Shown: positions 45,467 to 55,260 of the stretch, piece by piece | Numbering within the stretch: position 1 is the stretch's first letter | Layout of the letters: every line of letters starts with the position of its first letter | Assembly (NCBI GenBank): GCA_015233335.1 | Contig: JADFXX010000013.1 | Coordinates: forward strand, 1-60,662 | Reading direction: 5' to 3' | DNA length: 60,662 nucleotides | From: Candidatus Omnitrophota bacterium | GTDB lineage: Bacteria; Omnitrophota; Gorgyraeia; Zapsychrales; Fredricksoniimonadaceae | Program-made: the position numbers and the translations under genes | The notes under the pieces: generated by a model | What the model was told of the DNA's origin: nothing | Databases searched by the model: none | What the model saw: the letters and a program-made list of their open reading frames with translations, nothing else

Positions 45467-46957
45467 ATGGGCGACGTTAAAGGCTTCATGAAGCATGACC
45501 GGCAGGATTATAAAAGAGATCCGGTTTCCCGGCGTGTTACTAATTTTAAAGAATTTGTGCATCTTCCCGCAGAAAAAGATTTAATGGCCCAGGCTTCGCG
45601 TTGCATGGATTGCGGGGTGCCGTTTTGCCAATCAGGTTGTCCTATCGGCAACATTATCCCGGACTGGAATGATCTGGTTTATCGCAATCGCTGGCAGGAA
45701 GCCCTTGAGCGTCTGCATAAGACCAACAATTTTCCGGAATTCACGGGACGTGTTTGCCCGGCCCCTTGCGAAAATTCCTGCGTTTTGGGAATTAACGCCC
45801 CTGCGGTGACTATCAAGAATATTGAACTTTCCATCATTGAACATTCCTATGATAAAGGGTGGGTTGTCGCTCGTCCGCCCAAACACCGCTCAGGGATGAA
45901 GGTTGCGGTTATTGGGTCTGGACCCGCAGGGCTATCTTGTGCAGATCAACTGAATCATAAGGGTCATAAAGTGACTGTTTATGAAAAGAATGAATTGATC
46001 GGGGGGCTTTTAAGCCTTGGGATACCTGATTTTAAACTGGAAAAACAGGTCGTTTTCCGCAGGGTCGACCGCATGCGTGCAGAGGGCATTACATTTGAGT
46101 GCGGTGTGCACGTAGGGGTCGATATATCCGCTCAAAAATTACGTGAGAAATTTGATGCCATTGTTTTATGCGGGGGAGCAGAGGCGGCCCGCGAGCTTGC
46201 AGTGCCGGGGAGGGAATTAGAGGGGGTTTATCAGGCCATGTATTATTTGCCCCAGCAGAATTTGCGTAATAATAATTATCGCACAGATCAGTTTATGGCA
46301 AAATATGTCGAACATGTTTCTCAGTTTAGACCTGTCCCTTTGAAAGAAGTGTCAGCCAAGGCCAAGCGTGTTGTGGTTTTAGGGGGCGGAGACACCGGTT
46401 CGGATTGTGTCGGGACCGCCATTCGCCAAAAAGCACTTAGCGTGCATCAATTTGAATTAATGCCGCAGCCCCCCCAAAAACGTTCTCAGGATAATCCCTG
46501 GCCTAACTGGGCGTTTATTTTACGCACCTCCAGCTCCCATGAGGAAGGCTGTGTTCGTGATTATAGTATTTTGACGAAACGTTTAAGCGGTGAAAACGGA
46601 AAATTAAAGAAATTGCACGCGGTACGTTTGCAATGGGGTAAAGACCCGCAGAGCGGGCAAATGAAGATGAGTGAGGTCCTGGGTTCAGAATTTGAAATGG
46701 AGTGTGATCTATTGCTTTTGGCCATGGGATTTTTGGGTCCGGTCAAAAAGGGCATGCTGGAAGAACTGGGAGTTGGCTTGGATGCTCGAGGGAATGTAGC
46801 GGCCGACAGTCAAAAAATGACCAACGTGCCAGGGGTGTTCACAGCGGGAGATATGACCCGAGGCCAGTCTTTGGTGGTATGGGCGATTTATGAAGGACGG
46901 GCTGCGGCAGAAGGCGTCCATAATTATTTAACGAAAAAAGTTTTGAAAAAAAACTAA
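45467..46957 (+). CDS. gltD: glutamate synthase small subunit
   Basis: CMDCGVPFCQSGCP Fe-S region and the VAVIGSGPAGLSCA dinucleotide fold. Confidence 0.95.
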   Translation: MGDVKGFMKHDRQDYKRDPVSRRVTNFKEFVHLPAEKDLMAQASRCMDCGVPFCQSGCPIGNIIPDWNDLVYRNRWQEALERLHKTNNFPEFTGRVCPAPCENSCVLGINAPAVTIKNIELSIIEHSYDKGWVVARPPKHRSGMKVAVIGSGPAGLSCADQLNHKGHKVTVYEKNELIGGLLSLGIPDFKLEKQVVFRRVDRMRAEGITFECGVHVGVDISAQKLREKFDAIVLCGGAEAARELAVPGRELEGVYQAMYYLPQQNLRNNNYRTDQFMAKYVEHVSQFRPVPLKEVSAKAKRVVVLGGGDTGSDCVGTAIRQKALSVHQFELMPQPPQKRSQDNPWPNWAFILRTSSSHEEGCVRDYSILTKRLSGENGKLKKLHAVRLQWGKDPQSGQMKMSEVLGSEFEMECDLLLLAMGFLGPVKKGMLEELGVGLDARGNVAADSQKMTNVPGVFTAGDMTRGQSLVVWAIYEGRAAAEGVHNYLTKKVLKKN

Positions 46958-46967
46958 AGGAGATGTT

Positions 46968-47552
46968 ATGAGAAAAACAGTTTTTGTTTTAATTGCAATT
47001 TTGAGCCTGGCCGGCTGTCAGAAACAAGAGTCACAGCAGGTCCAAGTTGACCAAAGAAAAGATGTAGGGCATAAATTGATTTTGAAAAGTTTTTCGGACC
47101 TCCAAAATAAAGATTTAAAATCCGCTATTATTGATCTCCAGACATCCATGAAGGTCAATCCTTCAGAGCCGGAAGCGTATTTGCTTCTTGGACAGATCCT
47201 TTTGAAGGTCGGAGAGTATGACCATGCGTCCGAGTTTCTTGAACAGGCGGCCAAGGTGTTCCCTGATAACGGGACGATTTTTTATATGTTGAGTATTACC
47301 AATAAAATGACAGGGAAAAAATTGCCCGCCGTTTTGGCTGCCCGTCACAGTGTGGAAATTTTTCAGGCCCAGCAAGACCATGACAATATGCTTAAATCAG
47401 CAGCATTGCTTCATGAGCTTATTGATATCCCGGATGATCAGTTTGTTCCTCTGAAAAAGGAAGAGGTTTCTCAAGCTGTTCCTGTAAAAAAGAATGATGT
47501 TCCAGCCGTTGCGGTGAGCGTCCAAGGCAAAACCGTCGGCCAGTATAAATAA
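46968..47552 (+). CDS. TPR lipoprotein, paralog of the 40331..40822 protein
   Basis: Lipobox LSLAGC. PSEPEAYLLLGQILLKVGE and FPDNGTIFYMLSI align with PSQIEAFFLLGQVYLRAKE and FGDNGTVFYMLAI in the other copy. Confidence 0.85.
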   Translation: MRKTVFVLIAILSLAGCQKQESQQVQVDQRKDVGHKLILKSFSDLQNKDLKSAIIDLQTSMKVNPSEPEAYLLLGQILLKVGEYDHASEFLEQAAKVFPDNGTIFYMLSITNKMTGKKLPAVLAARHSVEIFQAQQDHDNMLKSAALLHELIDIPDDQFVPLKKEEVSQAVPVKKNDVPAVAVSVQGKTVGQYK

Positions 47553-47562
47553 ATGGTGAAAT

Positions 47563-47612
47563 AAACAAGGACGTCTTCCGTTGATTCAAGGGGAGACGTC
47601 CTTGTTTATTTG
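47563..47612 (+). terminator. intrinsic terminator after the gltBD-lipoprotein unit
   Basis: AAACAAGGACGUCUUCC (47563-79) pairs with GGGGAGACGUCCUUGUUU (47590-607), followed by AUUU. Confidence 0.7.
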
Positions 47613-47629
47613 GAAAATCAACCTTCCTC

Positions 47630-48976
47630 ATGCTGCTTTGTCTTTTATCCGTTTTCGTTTTTTATCTTTCCTTTCCTAACCAGTTTTATCTTTTTGGCTT
47701 TTGGCCGTGCATTTGGGTTTTTGCCGTCCCTTTACTGTTTGCTCTGCAGGGTCAGCCTTTAAAAATACGTTTGAAAATAGGCCTGTTCTTTGGTTTAGGC
47801 GCCTACGGACTTATGGCACAGGGGGTGTATCCTATTTCCCCAACAGTGTTTTTCATTTTTGTGTTAGGCATGTCAACACAGGCATGGATGTTTGCCATAT
47901 TCTGCAGGTCAACGGGGAAGATTTTAATAGATATTTTTTATTATCCATTGCTTTGGAGTTTAAGCGAAGTTTTGCGCAATCTTTTATTAGGAGGATTTAG
48001 TTTTTATATCAGCCATTCCCACGCTTTCTGTCCGCAGATGCTTAAGCTTTACAGTACATGGGGGTGTTCAGGGATGAGCGGTATTATTTTCATGGTAAAT
48101 ACATTGATTTATCTGGGAGGGGTTCACAGGCGAAGACGGGTTTATTTCTTCTTTGCCGCAGGAATTATTTTTTTGACCGTATGTTCGGCAGGTCTTCTAA
48201 AAAAAGATATGCGTATGCAGGCATCCACCCGATTGCGGGTAGCCGTTATTCAGGCGAATATTTCTCCTTGGGAAAAAATAGATGCTGACCTCTTTGACCG
48301 CAATGCCAATATCCATTTACGCCTGACAGAACAATCTTTCCGCGAAGCCAATCCGGATTTAGTTATTTGGCCGGAAACAGCGTTTCCCGATGATCTTTTG
48401 CAAAGCGTTCAGTGGCGTCCAATCATTGCTCAAGAGGCAATTCATAGGGGAACTGATCTTTTGATCGGCATTGCGCCTAATATTGACGGCAAGGATTATA
48501 ACAGTGCCGTACTCATCGGATCCGATGGAAAAATCAGAGGGCTGTATCATAAACAGGCATTGGTGCCTTTTTTTGAATATGCCCCCTTGGCAGCGTGGGG
48601 CATTGGGGATGGGAGAGGATATTATTTTAGCGCCGGAAAGAAGACGGTGGTCATGTCCCTTAGCCGAAAGTCTGTACGTCTGGGAGTTTTGATTTGTACA
48701 GAATCCGCGCACCCTTTCATGGCGTATCAACTACGCCGGAGAGGAGCGCAAATCTTGGTTGAAATGTCCAATGACGGATGGTTTAGGACAACCCCTGCCT
48801 ATATGCTTCATGCCCAGGCTGCGGTCATGCGTGCGGTTGAAAATAGAATATGGGTCATACGTGCGGCCAATACAGGGTATAGCTTTGTCGTAGATCCAGA
48901 TGGGAATATTCATGAAGACGGGAATCTTAAATTAGGCCGCGAGGGATTTGGTATTTTTGATATAATGGTTCCATGA
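47630..48976 (+). CDS. lnt: apolipoprotein N-acyltransferase
   Basis: N-terminal multi-TM region and a CN-hydrolase domain (VAVIQANISPWEK, WPETAF, LICTESA). Confidence 0.88.
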   Translation: MLLCLLSVFVFYLSFPNQFYLFGFWPCIWVFAVPLLFALQGQPLKIRLKIGLFFGLGAYGLMAQGVYPISPTVFFIFVLGMSTQAWMFAIFCRSTGKILIDIFYYPLLWSLSEVLRNLLLGGFSFYISHSHAFCPQMLKLYSTWGCSGMSGIIFMVNTLIYLGGVHRRRRVYFFFAAGIIFLTVCSAGLLKKDMRMQASTRLRVAVIQANISPWEKIDADLFDRNANIHLRLTEQSFREANPDLVIWPETAFPDDLLQSVQWRPIIAQEAIHRGTDLLIGIAPNIDGKDYNSAVLIGSDGKIRGLYHKQALVPFFEYAPLAAWGIGDGRGYYFSAGKKTVVMSLSRKSVRLGVLICTESAHPFMAYQLRRRGAQILVEMSNDGWFRTTPAYMLHAQAAVMRAVENRIWVIRAANTGYSFVVDPDGNIHEDGNLKLGREGFGIFDIMVP

Positions 48977-49791
48977 ATCGATGGCGGGGCATAGTTGTTT
49001 TCTTCCTTACAGTATTCTTTTCGTCACATATCGCGCATGCCGCAGGAATTCTAGTCCGTATTCAACAGGCTAAAATGATGAAACAGCGGCGATCTCAACA
49101 ACAGCAGCAACAATACATGCAGTCTGGGCAGGCTGGAATGGTTCAACAACAGCAGCAGTCACCACAAACAGCACAGCCGTTAACCTATGAGCAGCAGGTG
49201 GATCAGCGGAATCGCAGGATTTTTATGGCTATTGCCAATGCGCACAACCAAGCTTCCTCTGTGACGAACCAACAAACGGGCAACCCTACGACACCTAGTC
49301 AGGCTGTACAACGGGGAAATCAGATGAATGAAGTTAAACAGGTTCAGGAGGTGAAACAGGTTCAGGAGGTGAAACAGGTGCAGGAGGTGAAACAGGTGCA
49401 GGTGGAGCAACAGGTGAATGAGGAGAAAGGGTCCGGTACAGAAGTCAAAGAAGTGGTTGATCTTGCAGAGGTGTGGAAAAAGCTGGATCAAAAATCAACG
49501 GTCTGGCCGCTATTGATTGAGGATCAAGCCAAGGTCTTGACGGTTTCTGAATATATAGACCGTTTTCGTAAGCAGGGCGTCAGGATCAATCAGGATCCTT
49601 TATATTATGTGCATATGATCGACCAGGTGGTCACGCAAAATGCCCAACTGCTTCAGAGACCTTTTGGGGAGTTGTTGCAAATGGTGGCTATCATCGATTA
49701 TGATTTTGATAACGGCATCGACAAAGATGTTTTGGCCAAACATGTTCTGGGTGAGCAGGCCTTTGAAGCCAATAAAAAGAGATTGCATTAA
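48973..49791 (+). CDS. secreted Gln-rich protein with a VKQVQE tandem repeat
   Basis: Signal peptide, poly-Q stretches, about four VKQVQE units, and a conserved-looking C-terminal domain of about 120 aa. ATGA overlap with lnt. Confidence 0.8.
   Translation: MNRWRGIVVFFLTVFFSSHIAHAAGILVRIQQAKMMKQRRSQQQQQQYMQSGQAGMVQQQQQSPQTAQPLTYEQQVDQRNRRIFMAIANAHNQASSVTNQQTGNPTTPSQAVQRGNQMNEVKQVQEVKQVQEVKQVQEVKQVQVEQQVNEEKGSGTEVKEVVDLAEVWKKLDQKSTVWPLLIEDQAKVLTVSEYIDRFRKQGVRINQDPLYYVHMIDQVVTQNAQLLQRPFGELLQMVAIIDYDFDNGIDKDVLAKHVLGEQAFEANKKRLH
49333..49422 (+). repeat. 18-bp in-frame tandem repeat, 4 good units plus 1 degenerate unit
   Basis: Units begin at 49333, 49351, 49369, 49387 and 49405, based on gtgaaacaggttcaggag with progressive point differences. 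Confidence 0.9.
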
Positions 49792-49795
49792 TAGT

Positions 49796-51277
49796 ATGAG
49801 AGAACATATCCTTTCCATTGATCAGGGCACGACGGGTTCGAGGGCTTTTATTTTTAATTCCCGGGGCAGGGTAGTGTCCAGTGTCTACCGGGAATTCAAA
49901 CAATACTATCCTAAACCCGGATGGGTTGAGCATGACCCTCAAGAGATTTGGGAGAGCGTTGATGCCGTTGTCCGTATCGCCGTGGCACAATCTCGCATTG
50001 ATCCAAAGACAATAGCTGCGATTGGTATTACCAATCAGCGCGAGACTACGATGATGTGGGATCGCAAGAGCGGTAAGCCTTTTCATCGTGCCATTGTCTG
50101 GCAATGCCGTCGCACAGCGCCGTTGTGTATGCGTCTTTCAAAGCATGAGGCCCTATTTCGCCGGCAAACGGGTTTAGTCGTTGATGCGTATTTTTCCGGC
50201 ACTAAAATCCAATGGCTGCTGGATCATGTCCCTGCGTTGCGGAGAAAAGCAGCTGGGGGACAAGTCGCTTTTGGCACCGTGGACACCTGGCTCATTCACC
50301 AATTGACAGGAGGGGCTTCACATGTAACGGATATGACCAATGCCAGCCGTACGCTTGTTTATAACATTCGGACCAAAACTTGGAGCAACGATCTATTAAA
50401 ACTATTGAATATTCCCGATCATATTTTACCCCAAGTTTTGCCCTCGGCCTCTGTATTTGGGTCAACAGTCAAAGGGGTTGCAGGCTTGCCGGCGGGCATT
50501 CCTATTAGCGCTGTCATGGGGGATCAGCAGGCGGCTTTATATGGGCAGGGATGTTTTTTGCCGGGCACGATCAAGAACACCTACGGTACGGGGTGTTTTT
50601 TACTACTGAATACAGGAAGTGAATGTGTCTATTCTAAAAATGGTCTTTTGACCACCCTAGGATGTGATGCCCAAGGAGCTGCGGTTTATGTTTTGGAAGG
50701 TTCGGTATTTATTGCCGGAGCCATCATCCAATGGTTAAGAGATGAGCTTAAGATCATTCACGATTCATCATCGACCGAAAAAATGATCGAAGGCCTTGAG
50801 GACACCCATGGGGTGTATCTGGTGCCGGCCTTGGCGGGTTTGGGAGCGCCCTATTGGAAAGCAGATGCTAAGGGGCTAATCACGGGGCTTACTCGCGGAG
50901 CAAATGCGCGGCATATTGTTCGCGCAGCGCTGGAATCGTTGGCGTATCAGACGAAAGAAGTGTTTGACCTGATGCAGCAAGAATCGGGGCTGCACATAAA
51001 ATCTTTGAGTGTCGACGGCGGCGCAAGCCGCAATAATTTTCTCATGCAGTTTCAGGCGGATATGCTCTCGATCCCTGTACTACGTCCAAGTCTGGTCGAC
51101 TCAACAGTCGCAGGTGCCGCGTATTTAGCGGGAGTTTCCATCGGTCTATGGAAGCCCAAAGACATTTTAAAAATTAATAAAACGGAGCGGACGTTTGTGC
51201 CTTGTATGCCACGCAACCTCGCCCGGTCGAAATATAACGGTTGGTGTCACGCCGTACGGCAAACCTTGGCCCAATAA
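49796..51277 (+). CDS. glpK: glycerol kinase
   Basis: ILSIDQGTTGSRAF, GITNQRETT and YGTGCF. I trimmed the ORF-track start at 49640 to the ATG at 49796. Confidence 0.95.
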   Translation: MREHILSIDQGTTGSRAFIFNSRGRVVSSVYREFKQYYPKPGWVEHDPQEIWESVDAVVRIAVAQSRIDPKTIAAIGITNQRETTMMWDRKSGKPFHRAIVWQCRRTAPLCMRLSKHEALFRRQTGLVVDAYFSGTKIQWLLDHVPALRRKAAGGQVAFGTVDTWLIHQLTGGASHVTDMTNASRTLVYNIRTKTWSNDLLKLLNIPDHILPQVLPSASVFGSTVKGVAGLPAGIPISAVMGDQQAALYGQGCFLPGTIKNTYGTGCFLLLNTGSECVYSKNGLLTTLGCDAQGAAVYVLEGSVFIAGAIIQWLRDELKIIHDSSSTEKMIEGLEDTHGVYLVPALAGLGAPYWKADAKGLITGLTRGANARHIVRAALESLAYQTKEVFDLMQQESGLHIKSLSVDGGASRNNFLMQFQADMLSIPVLRPSLVDSTVAGAAYLAGVSIGLWKPKDILKINKTERTFVPCMPRNLARSKYNGWCHAVRQTLAQ

Positions 51278-51291
51278 AGGGGTGTGCAGAA

Positions 51292-52800
51292 ATGATCCGT
51301 GATACTTCTCGTTTGTCTGAAAGCCGGTATGATTTAATTGTCATCGGAGGAGGCATTAACGGAGCTGCCATTGCCAATCTGGCCGCCGCATGCGGAGCCT
51401 CGGTTGCCTTACTTGAAAAAAACGATTTTGCCAGCGGCACATCAAGCAAATCTACCAAACTCCTGCATGGCGGTATCCGCTATCTAGAAAATTTTGAACT
51501 TGATCTTGTCCACGAATCTTTGAGAGAACGTTATATTCAGTGGCAGGCTGTGCCCCATTTGGTCAAACCCCTACCGTTTGTGATTCCTGTATATAAGAAT
51601 GACGCGAGGCCTTTGTGGATGATGAAGTGTGGGGTTTGGCTTTATGATTTTTTGAGCGGTAAATACCGCATCGGCCGGCATCGGTACTTATCCTGTGCGG
51701 AAATAGCCGCTTTGGCTCCGGGAATTAATATGAAGGGGTTAGTCGGCGGAGTGGAATATTTTGATGCGCAAATGGATGATGCGCGCTTATGTCTGGAAAA
51801 TGTACTGATGGCAGATAAGAGGGGGAGCGCGGTCGCCAATTATATGGAGGTGGAAGGCTTTATTAAGGCTAATGGCCGTGCCGTCGGGGTGAAGGCGCTG
51901 GATGTGATCAGTCAAAAACATATGGATATTTTTGCCTCCCAAATTATTGTGGCAGGGGGAGCCTGGTCTGATGAACTGATCCAAAAAGATGTACCGCTTT
52001 CTATCAAGCGCCTGCGGCCCACTAAGGGCGTACATATTGTTTATCGCGGACAAATTTCTTCCAGCGCTTTTTTATTACAGAGCCGCCAGGACAAACGGGT
52101 TTTTTTCGTAATTCCCTTTAGAGGGAATTCTTTGATAGGGACGACAGATACAGATTATGATGAGAGCCCGGATATGGTTGAGACCAAGGAGAGTGATATC
52201 CAGTATTTATTGCAGGAAGCCTCCAGAGTTTTTCCTCATATCAATTTTGACCGGTCTAAGATTATTACCACTTTTGCGGGCGTCAGGCCGTTGGTGGCAG
52301 AATCAGGACATCCTTCACGCATTTCGCGCAAACATGCCATTGAATGCAGCTCTTCCGGTATTTATTTTGTTATGGGGGGGAAATATACTACCTATCGCGC
52401 TATTGCTGAGGATGTCATCGCCCAAGCGCTTCCACGGCTGATGCCCCAAATGCCGTATGCCCAACAGTACACGCTTTATGGTAGCGGTTCTGGGAATGAA
52501 GAGCTTAAGATTTTAAGCCAGCGTTTTGAGATGCCCATGGATTTGCTGCGCTTTTTACAGGGAATTTATGGAAGCCGTTTTGTGGATGTGCTTCATATTG
52601 CCCGGGACAACAAGGATCTTCGGGCGAAGATATGTTCCTGCTCGTTAACCATTGCGGCCCAGGTTATTTATGCGCGTGATGTCGAGATGGCCCAAAGCAT
52701 CGAAGACATCATGGTGCGCAGGCTTGGTCTGTCATACCTGGATTGTCCCACCGGCCAATGCCGCAGGGCGATCACAGAAATCCTGAAAAATCATCCATGA
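51292..52800 (+). CDS. glpD: FAD-dependent glycerol-3-phosphate dehydrogenase
   Basis: YDLIVIGGGINGAAIA, GTSSKSTKLLHGGIRYLE and GGKYTTYR. I trimmed the start to the ATG at 51292. Confidence 0.92.
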   Translation: MIRDTSRLSESRYDLIVIGGGINGAAIANLAAACGASVALLEKNDFASGTSSKSTKLLHGGIRYLENFELDLVHESLRERYIQWQAVPHLVKPLPFVIPVYKNDARPLWMMKCGVWLYDFLSGKYRIGRHRYLSCAEIAALAPGINMKGLVGGVEYFDAQMDDARLCLENVLMADKRGSAVANYMEVEGFIKANGRAVGVKALDVISQKHMDIFASQIIVAGGAWSDELIQKDVPLSIKRLRPTKGVHIVYRGQISSSAFLLQSRQDKRVFFVIPFRGNSLIGTTDTDYDESPDMVETKESDIQYLLQEASRVFPHINFDRSKIITTFAGVRPLVAESGHPSRISRKHAIECSSSGIYFVMGGKYTTYRAIAEDVIAQALPRLMPQMPYAQQYTLYGSGSGNEELKILSQRFEMPMDLLRFLQGIYGSRFVDVLHIARDNKDLRAKICSCSLTIAAQVIYARDVEMAQSIEDIMVRRLGLSYLDCPTGQCRRAITEILKNHP

Positions 52801-53585
52801 GTTCCTTCAATACGGATATCAGTCCTAAGGTCAAGAAGAGAGGAAGGGGCAGTGAGTTTGTTAAAGCAGATGCTGCTGGTGGGATTATGGGTCAAGTTCC
52901 TTTAGAGCGTGCTTTATCTAAATTAGGGGTTGCTTCCCGCCGTCAGACAAAAGAGTGGATAGAGTCCGGGCGCATAAAAGTCGATGGGCGTACGATCAAA
53001 GATCCGCTGTTTTTGGTGGTGCCTGAAAAAGCCAGGATTGCACTTGACGGAAAAAATGTAATCCGTGCGGTTTCTTGTACGGTCATGCTTTATAAGCCGC
53101 GGGGAGTGGTCACGACCAGATCAGACGAAAAGAACCGTAAGACGGTCTATGATCTTCTACCCGCTAGTTTATCGCATCTTCATCCGGTCGGACGATTGGA
53201 CCTTGCGACAACGGGATTGTTATTGATGACGACAGATACTCAGTTATCTAATTTTTTGACTGATCCCGATAATGGGATTCCTCGTATTTATACTTTAACG
53301 GTCCAAGGCAGGATTACTGATGAACACATCAAGCTTTTATTAAAAGGTATTCAAGACAAGACAGAGGTGCTCAAAGCATCGAAAATCACTTTGCTTAAAG
53401 CCAGCAACAAAGAATCCCACTTGACGATAGAGCTTTGCGAAGGAAAGAATCGGGAGATCCGCCGGATGTTTGAATTTCTGGGATCTCAGGTGACAAGGCT
53501 TAAACGTGTTGCTTATGGAAAACTAACTTTGGGGGATTTAAGCCCCGGACAATTTAAGGAAGTTGCCGAGAAGGAAATAGTATAA
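52797..53585 (+). CDS. RsuA/RluB-family pseudouridine synthase
   Basis: S4 domain (LERALSKLGVASRRQ) and the catalytic motif GRLDLATTGLLLMTTD. ATGA overlap with glpD. Confidence 0.88.
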   Translation: MSSFNTDISPKVKKRGRGSEFVKADAAGGIMGQVPLERALSKLGVASRRQTKEWIESGRIKVDGRTIKDPLFLVVPEKARIALDGKNVIRAVSCTVMLYKPRGVVTTRSDEKNRKTVYDLLPASLSHLHPVGRLDLATTGLLLMTTDTQLSNFLTDPDNGIPRIYTLTVQGRITDEHIKLLLKGIQDKTEVLKASKITLLKASNKESHLTIELCEGKNREIRRMFEFLGSQVTRLKRVAYGKLTLGDLSPGQFKEVAEKEIV

Positions 53586-54841
53586 TGATTTATGATGTGG
53601 CTATTGTCGGTGCCGGTGCGGCGGGGTTAATGACGGCGATTAGGGCAGCCCAAGGCGGATTGAGGGTGCTTTTGCTGGAAGGACAACAAAAGCCGGGTGC
53701 GAAAATTTTGATGTCCGGAGGGAATCGTTGTAATGTCACGAACAGGTCTGTCAGTGAGAAAGATTTTAACAGTGAAAAGATCATTTATGTGCGGCATATT
53801 TTAAAGTCTTTTGGCAATACGGATACAATTAAATTTTTTAAAGACTTGGGGGTTGAGCTGATCCCTGAATTTACGGGCAAATATTTTCCGTCGACAAACT
53901 CTGGAAAAACCATCTTGAATGCGCTTTTGAATAAGGTCGAATCAGAGGGGGTCACACTTTTATGCGATTATAAAGTCAAAGCGCTGGCAAGCCATATAAA
54001 TGGATTTCAGGTTAAGGGAGATCAATTTCATTTTGAGGCAAAAAATATTGTTTTAACTACGGGCGGCTTATCTTATCCGTCAACCGGAAGCGACGGAATG
54101 GGCTATCGGCTGGCGCAATCATTCGGACATTCTATGGTCGAAACAGTACCGGCACTGACACCCTTGACCACGGATGATAAGGATTTAAAATCTTTGTCAG
54201 GGATCACCCTGGAAGCTCAATTGACGCTTTTGGTCGACGGCAAAAAACACTTTTCTTGTCGGGGTAGTTTTCTGTTTACGCATTTTGGGTATTCCGGGCC
54301 TGCGGCATTAAATATCAGCAGGCACTGGACCAAGGCTCAGGGGCCCAAACAAATTATTGCTAATTTTATTGTTGATCACGATGAGGCCTCTTTGCAAAAA
54401 TACCTGAGTGAGTTACAACAAAAGTCTGCCCGCAGGTCTTTGATGAATGTGCTGACTGAGCTAATGCCTCAGCGCTTAGCAGATATAATTTTTAGAAAAA
54501 CACGCATTGATTCTTCGATGACCATGAATCAGCTTAGCCGGGAATCACGGCAGATTTTGATCAAGAGGTGTGTTCAATATCCTCTTGATGTCACAGGAGT
54601 ACTTGGGTTTAGTAAAGCAGAAGTTACAGCCGGCGGTATTGATTTGGCAGAAATCAATCCTAAAACGCTAGAGTCAAGATTGGTTTCCGGTTTATTTTTT
54701 GCCGGAGAAATCCTTGATGTGGATGGCCGCATCGGCGGGTATAATTTCCAATGGGCTTGGGCCAGCGGTAATGCAGTCGCCCAGGCCTTAATCAAAAAAC
54801 AGAGGAGTCAGTATGAGCAAAAAGATCATCAAAACGGATAA
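53585..54841 (+). CDS. HI0933/BaiN-family NAD(P)/FAD-dependent oxidoreductase
   Basis: YDVAIVGAGAAGLM, SGGNRCNVTN and GEILDVDGRIGGYNFQWAWASG. Confidence 0.85.
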   Translation: MIYDVAIVGAGAAGLMTAIRAAQGGLRVLLLEGQQKPGAKILMSGGNRCNVTNRSVSEKDFNSEKIIYVRHILKSFGNTDTIKFFKDLGVELIPEFTGKYFPSTNSGKTILNALLNKVESEGVTLLCDYKVKALASHINGFQVKGDQFHFEAKNIVLTTGGLSYPSTGSDGMGYRLAQSFGHSMVETVPALTPLTTDDKDLKSLSGITLEAQLTLLVDGKKHFSCRGSFLFTHFGYSGPAALNISRHWTKAQGPKQIIANFIVDHDEASLQKYLSELQQKSARRSLMNVLTELMPQRLADIIFRKTRIDSSMTMNQLSRESRQILIKRCVQYPLDVTGVLGFSKAEVTAGGIDLAEINPKTLESRLVSGLFFAGEILDVDGRIGGYNFQWAWASGNAVAQALIKKQRSQYEQKDHQNG

Positions 54842-55193
54842 AGCGAGCTTACCTGTGGGGCCGTATAATCAGGCAGTGTCTATCGGTAACTTGATTTTTA
54901 CAGCAGGCCAGATTCCGCTGGATAAACAGGGCAACATGGTAGCCGGCGGAATCAAGGAACAAACCGAACAGGTCCTTCAAAACCTTATTGCAGTTTTAGG
55001 TCATGGCGGATCATCTTTGGATCATGTGCTTAAGGCGACTGTTTTTCTTAAGGATCTTAATGATTTCGCGGGTATGAATGAGGTCTATGGCAAATATTTC
55101 AAGAGCGAAACCGCTCCGGCACGCAGCACACTTCAGGTTGCCCGTATTCCCAAAGATTCTTTAGTTGAAATTGAAGTTGTGGCCTATATTTAA
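54813..55193 (+). CDS. ridA: RidA/YjgF-family enamine/imine deaminase
   Basis: PVGPYNQAV, TVFLKDLNDFAGMNEVY, and ARSTLQVARIPKDSLVEIE. Confidence 0.9.
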   Translation: MSKKIIKTDKASLPVGPYNQAVSIGNLIFTAGQIPLDKQGNMVAGGIKEQTEQVLQNLIAVLGHGGSSLDHVLKATVFLKDLNDFAGMNEVYGKYFKSETAPARSTLQVARIPKDSLVEIEVVAYI

Positions 55194-55260
55194 AGCGTAT
55201 TCGCGCATGCGCCTGTACTCTAAAGGCCGTATAGTTATTACGTTTAATCGCGGAGGGCTT

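Noticed and set aside
49333-49422. The tandem 18-bp repeats as a possible CRISPR-like array.
   Set aside because: The units are directly adjacent with no spacers, are in frame, and encode VKQVQE within a longer ORF.
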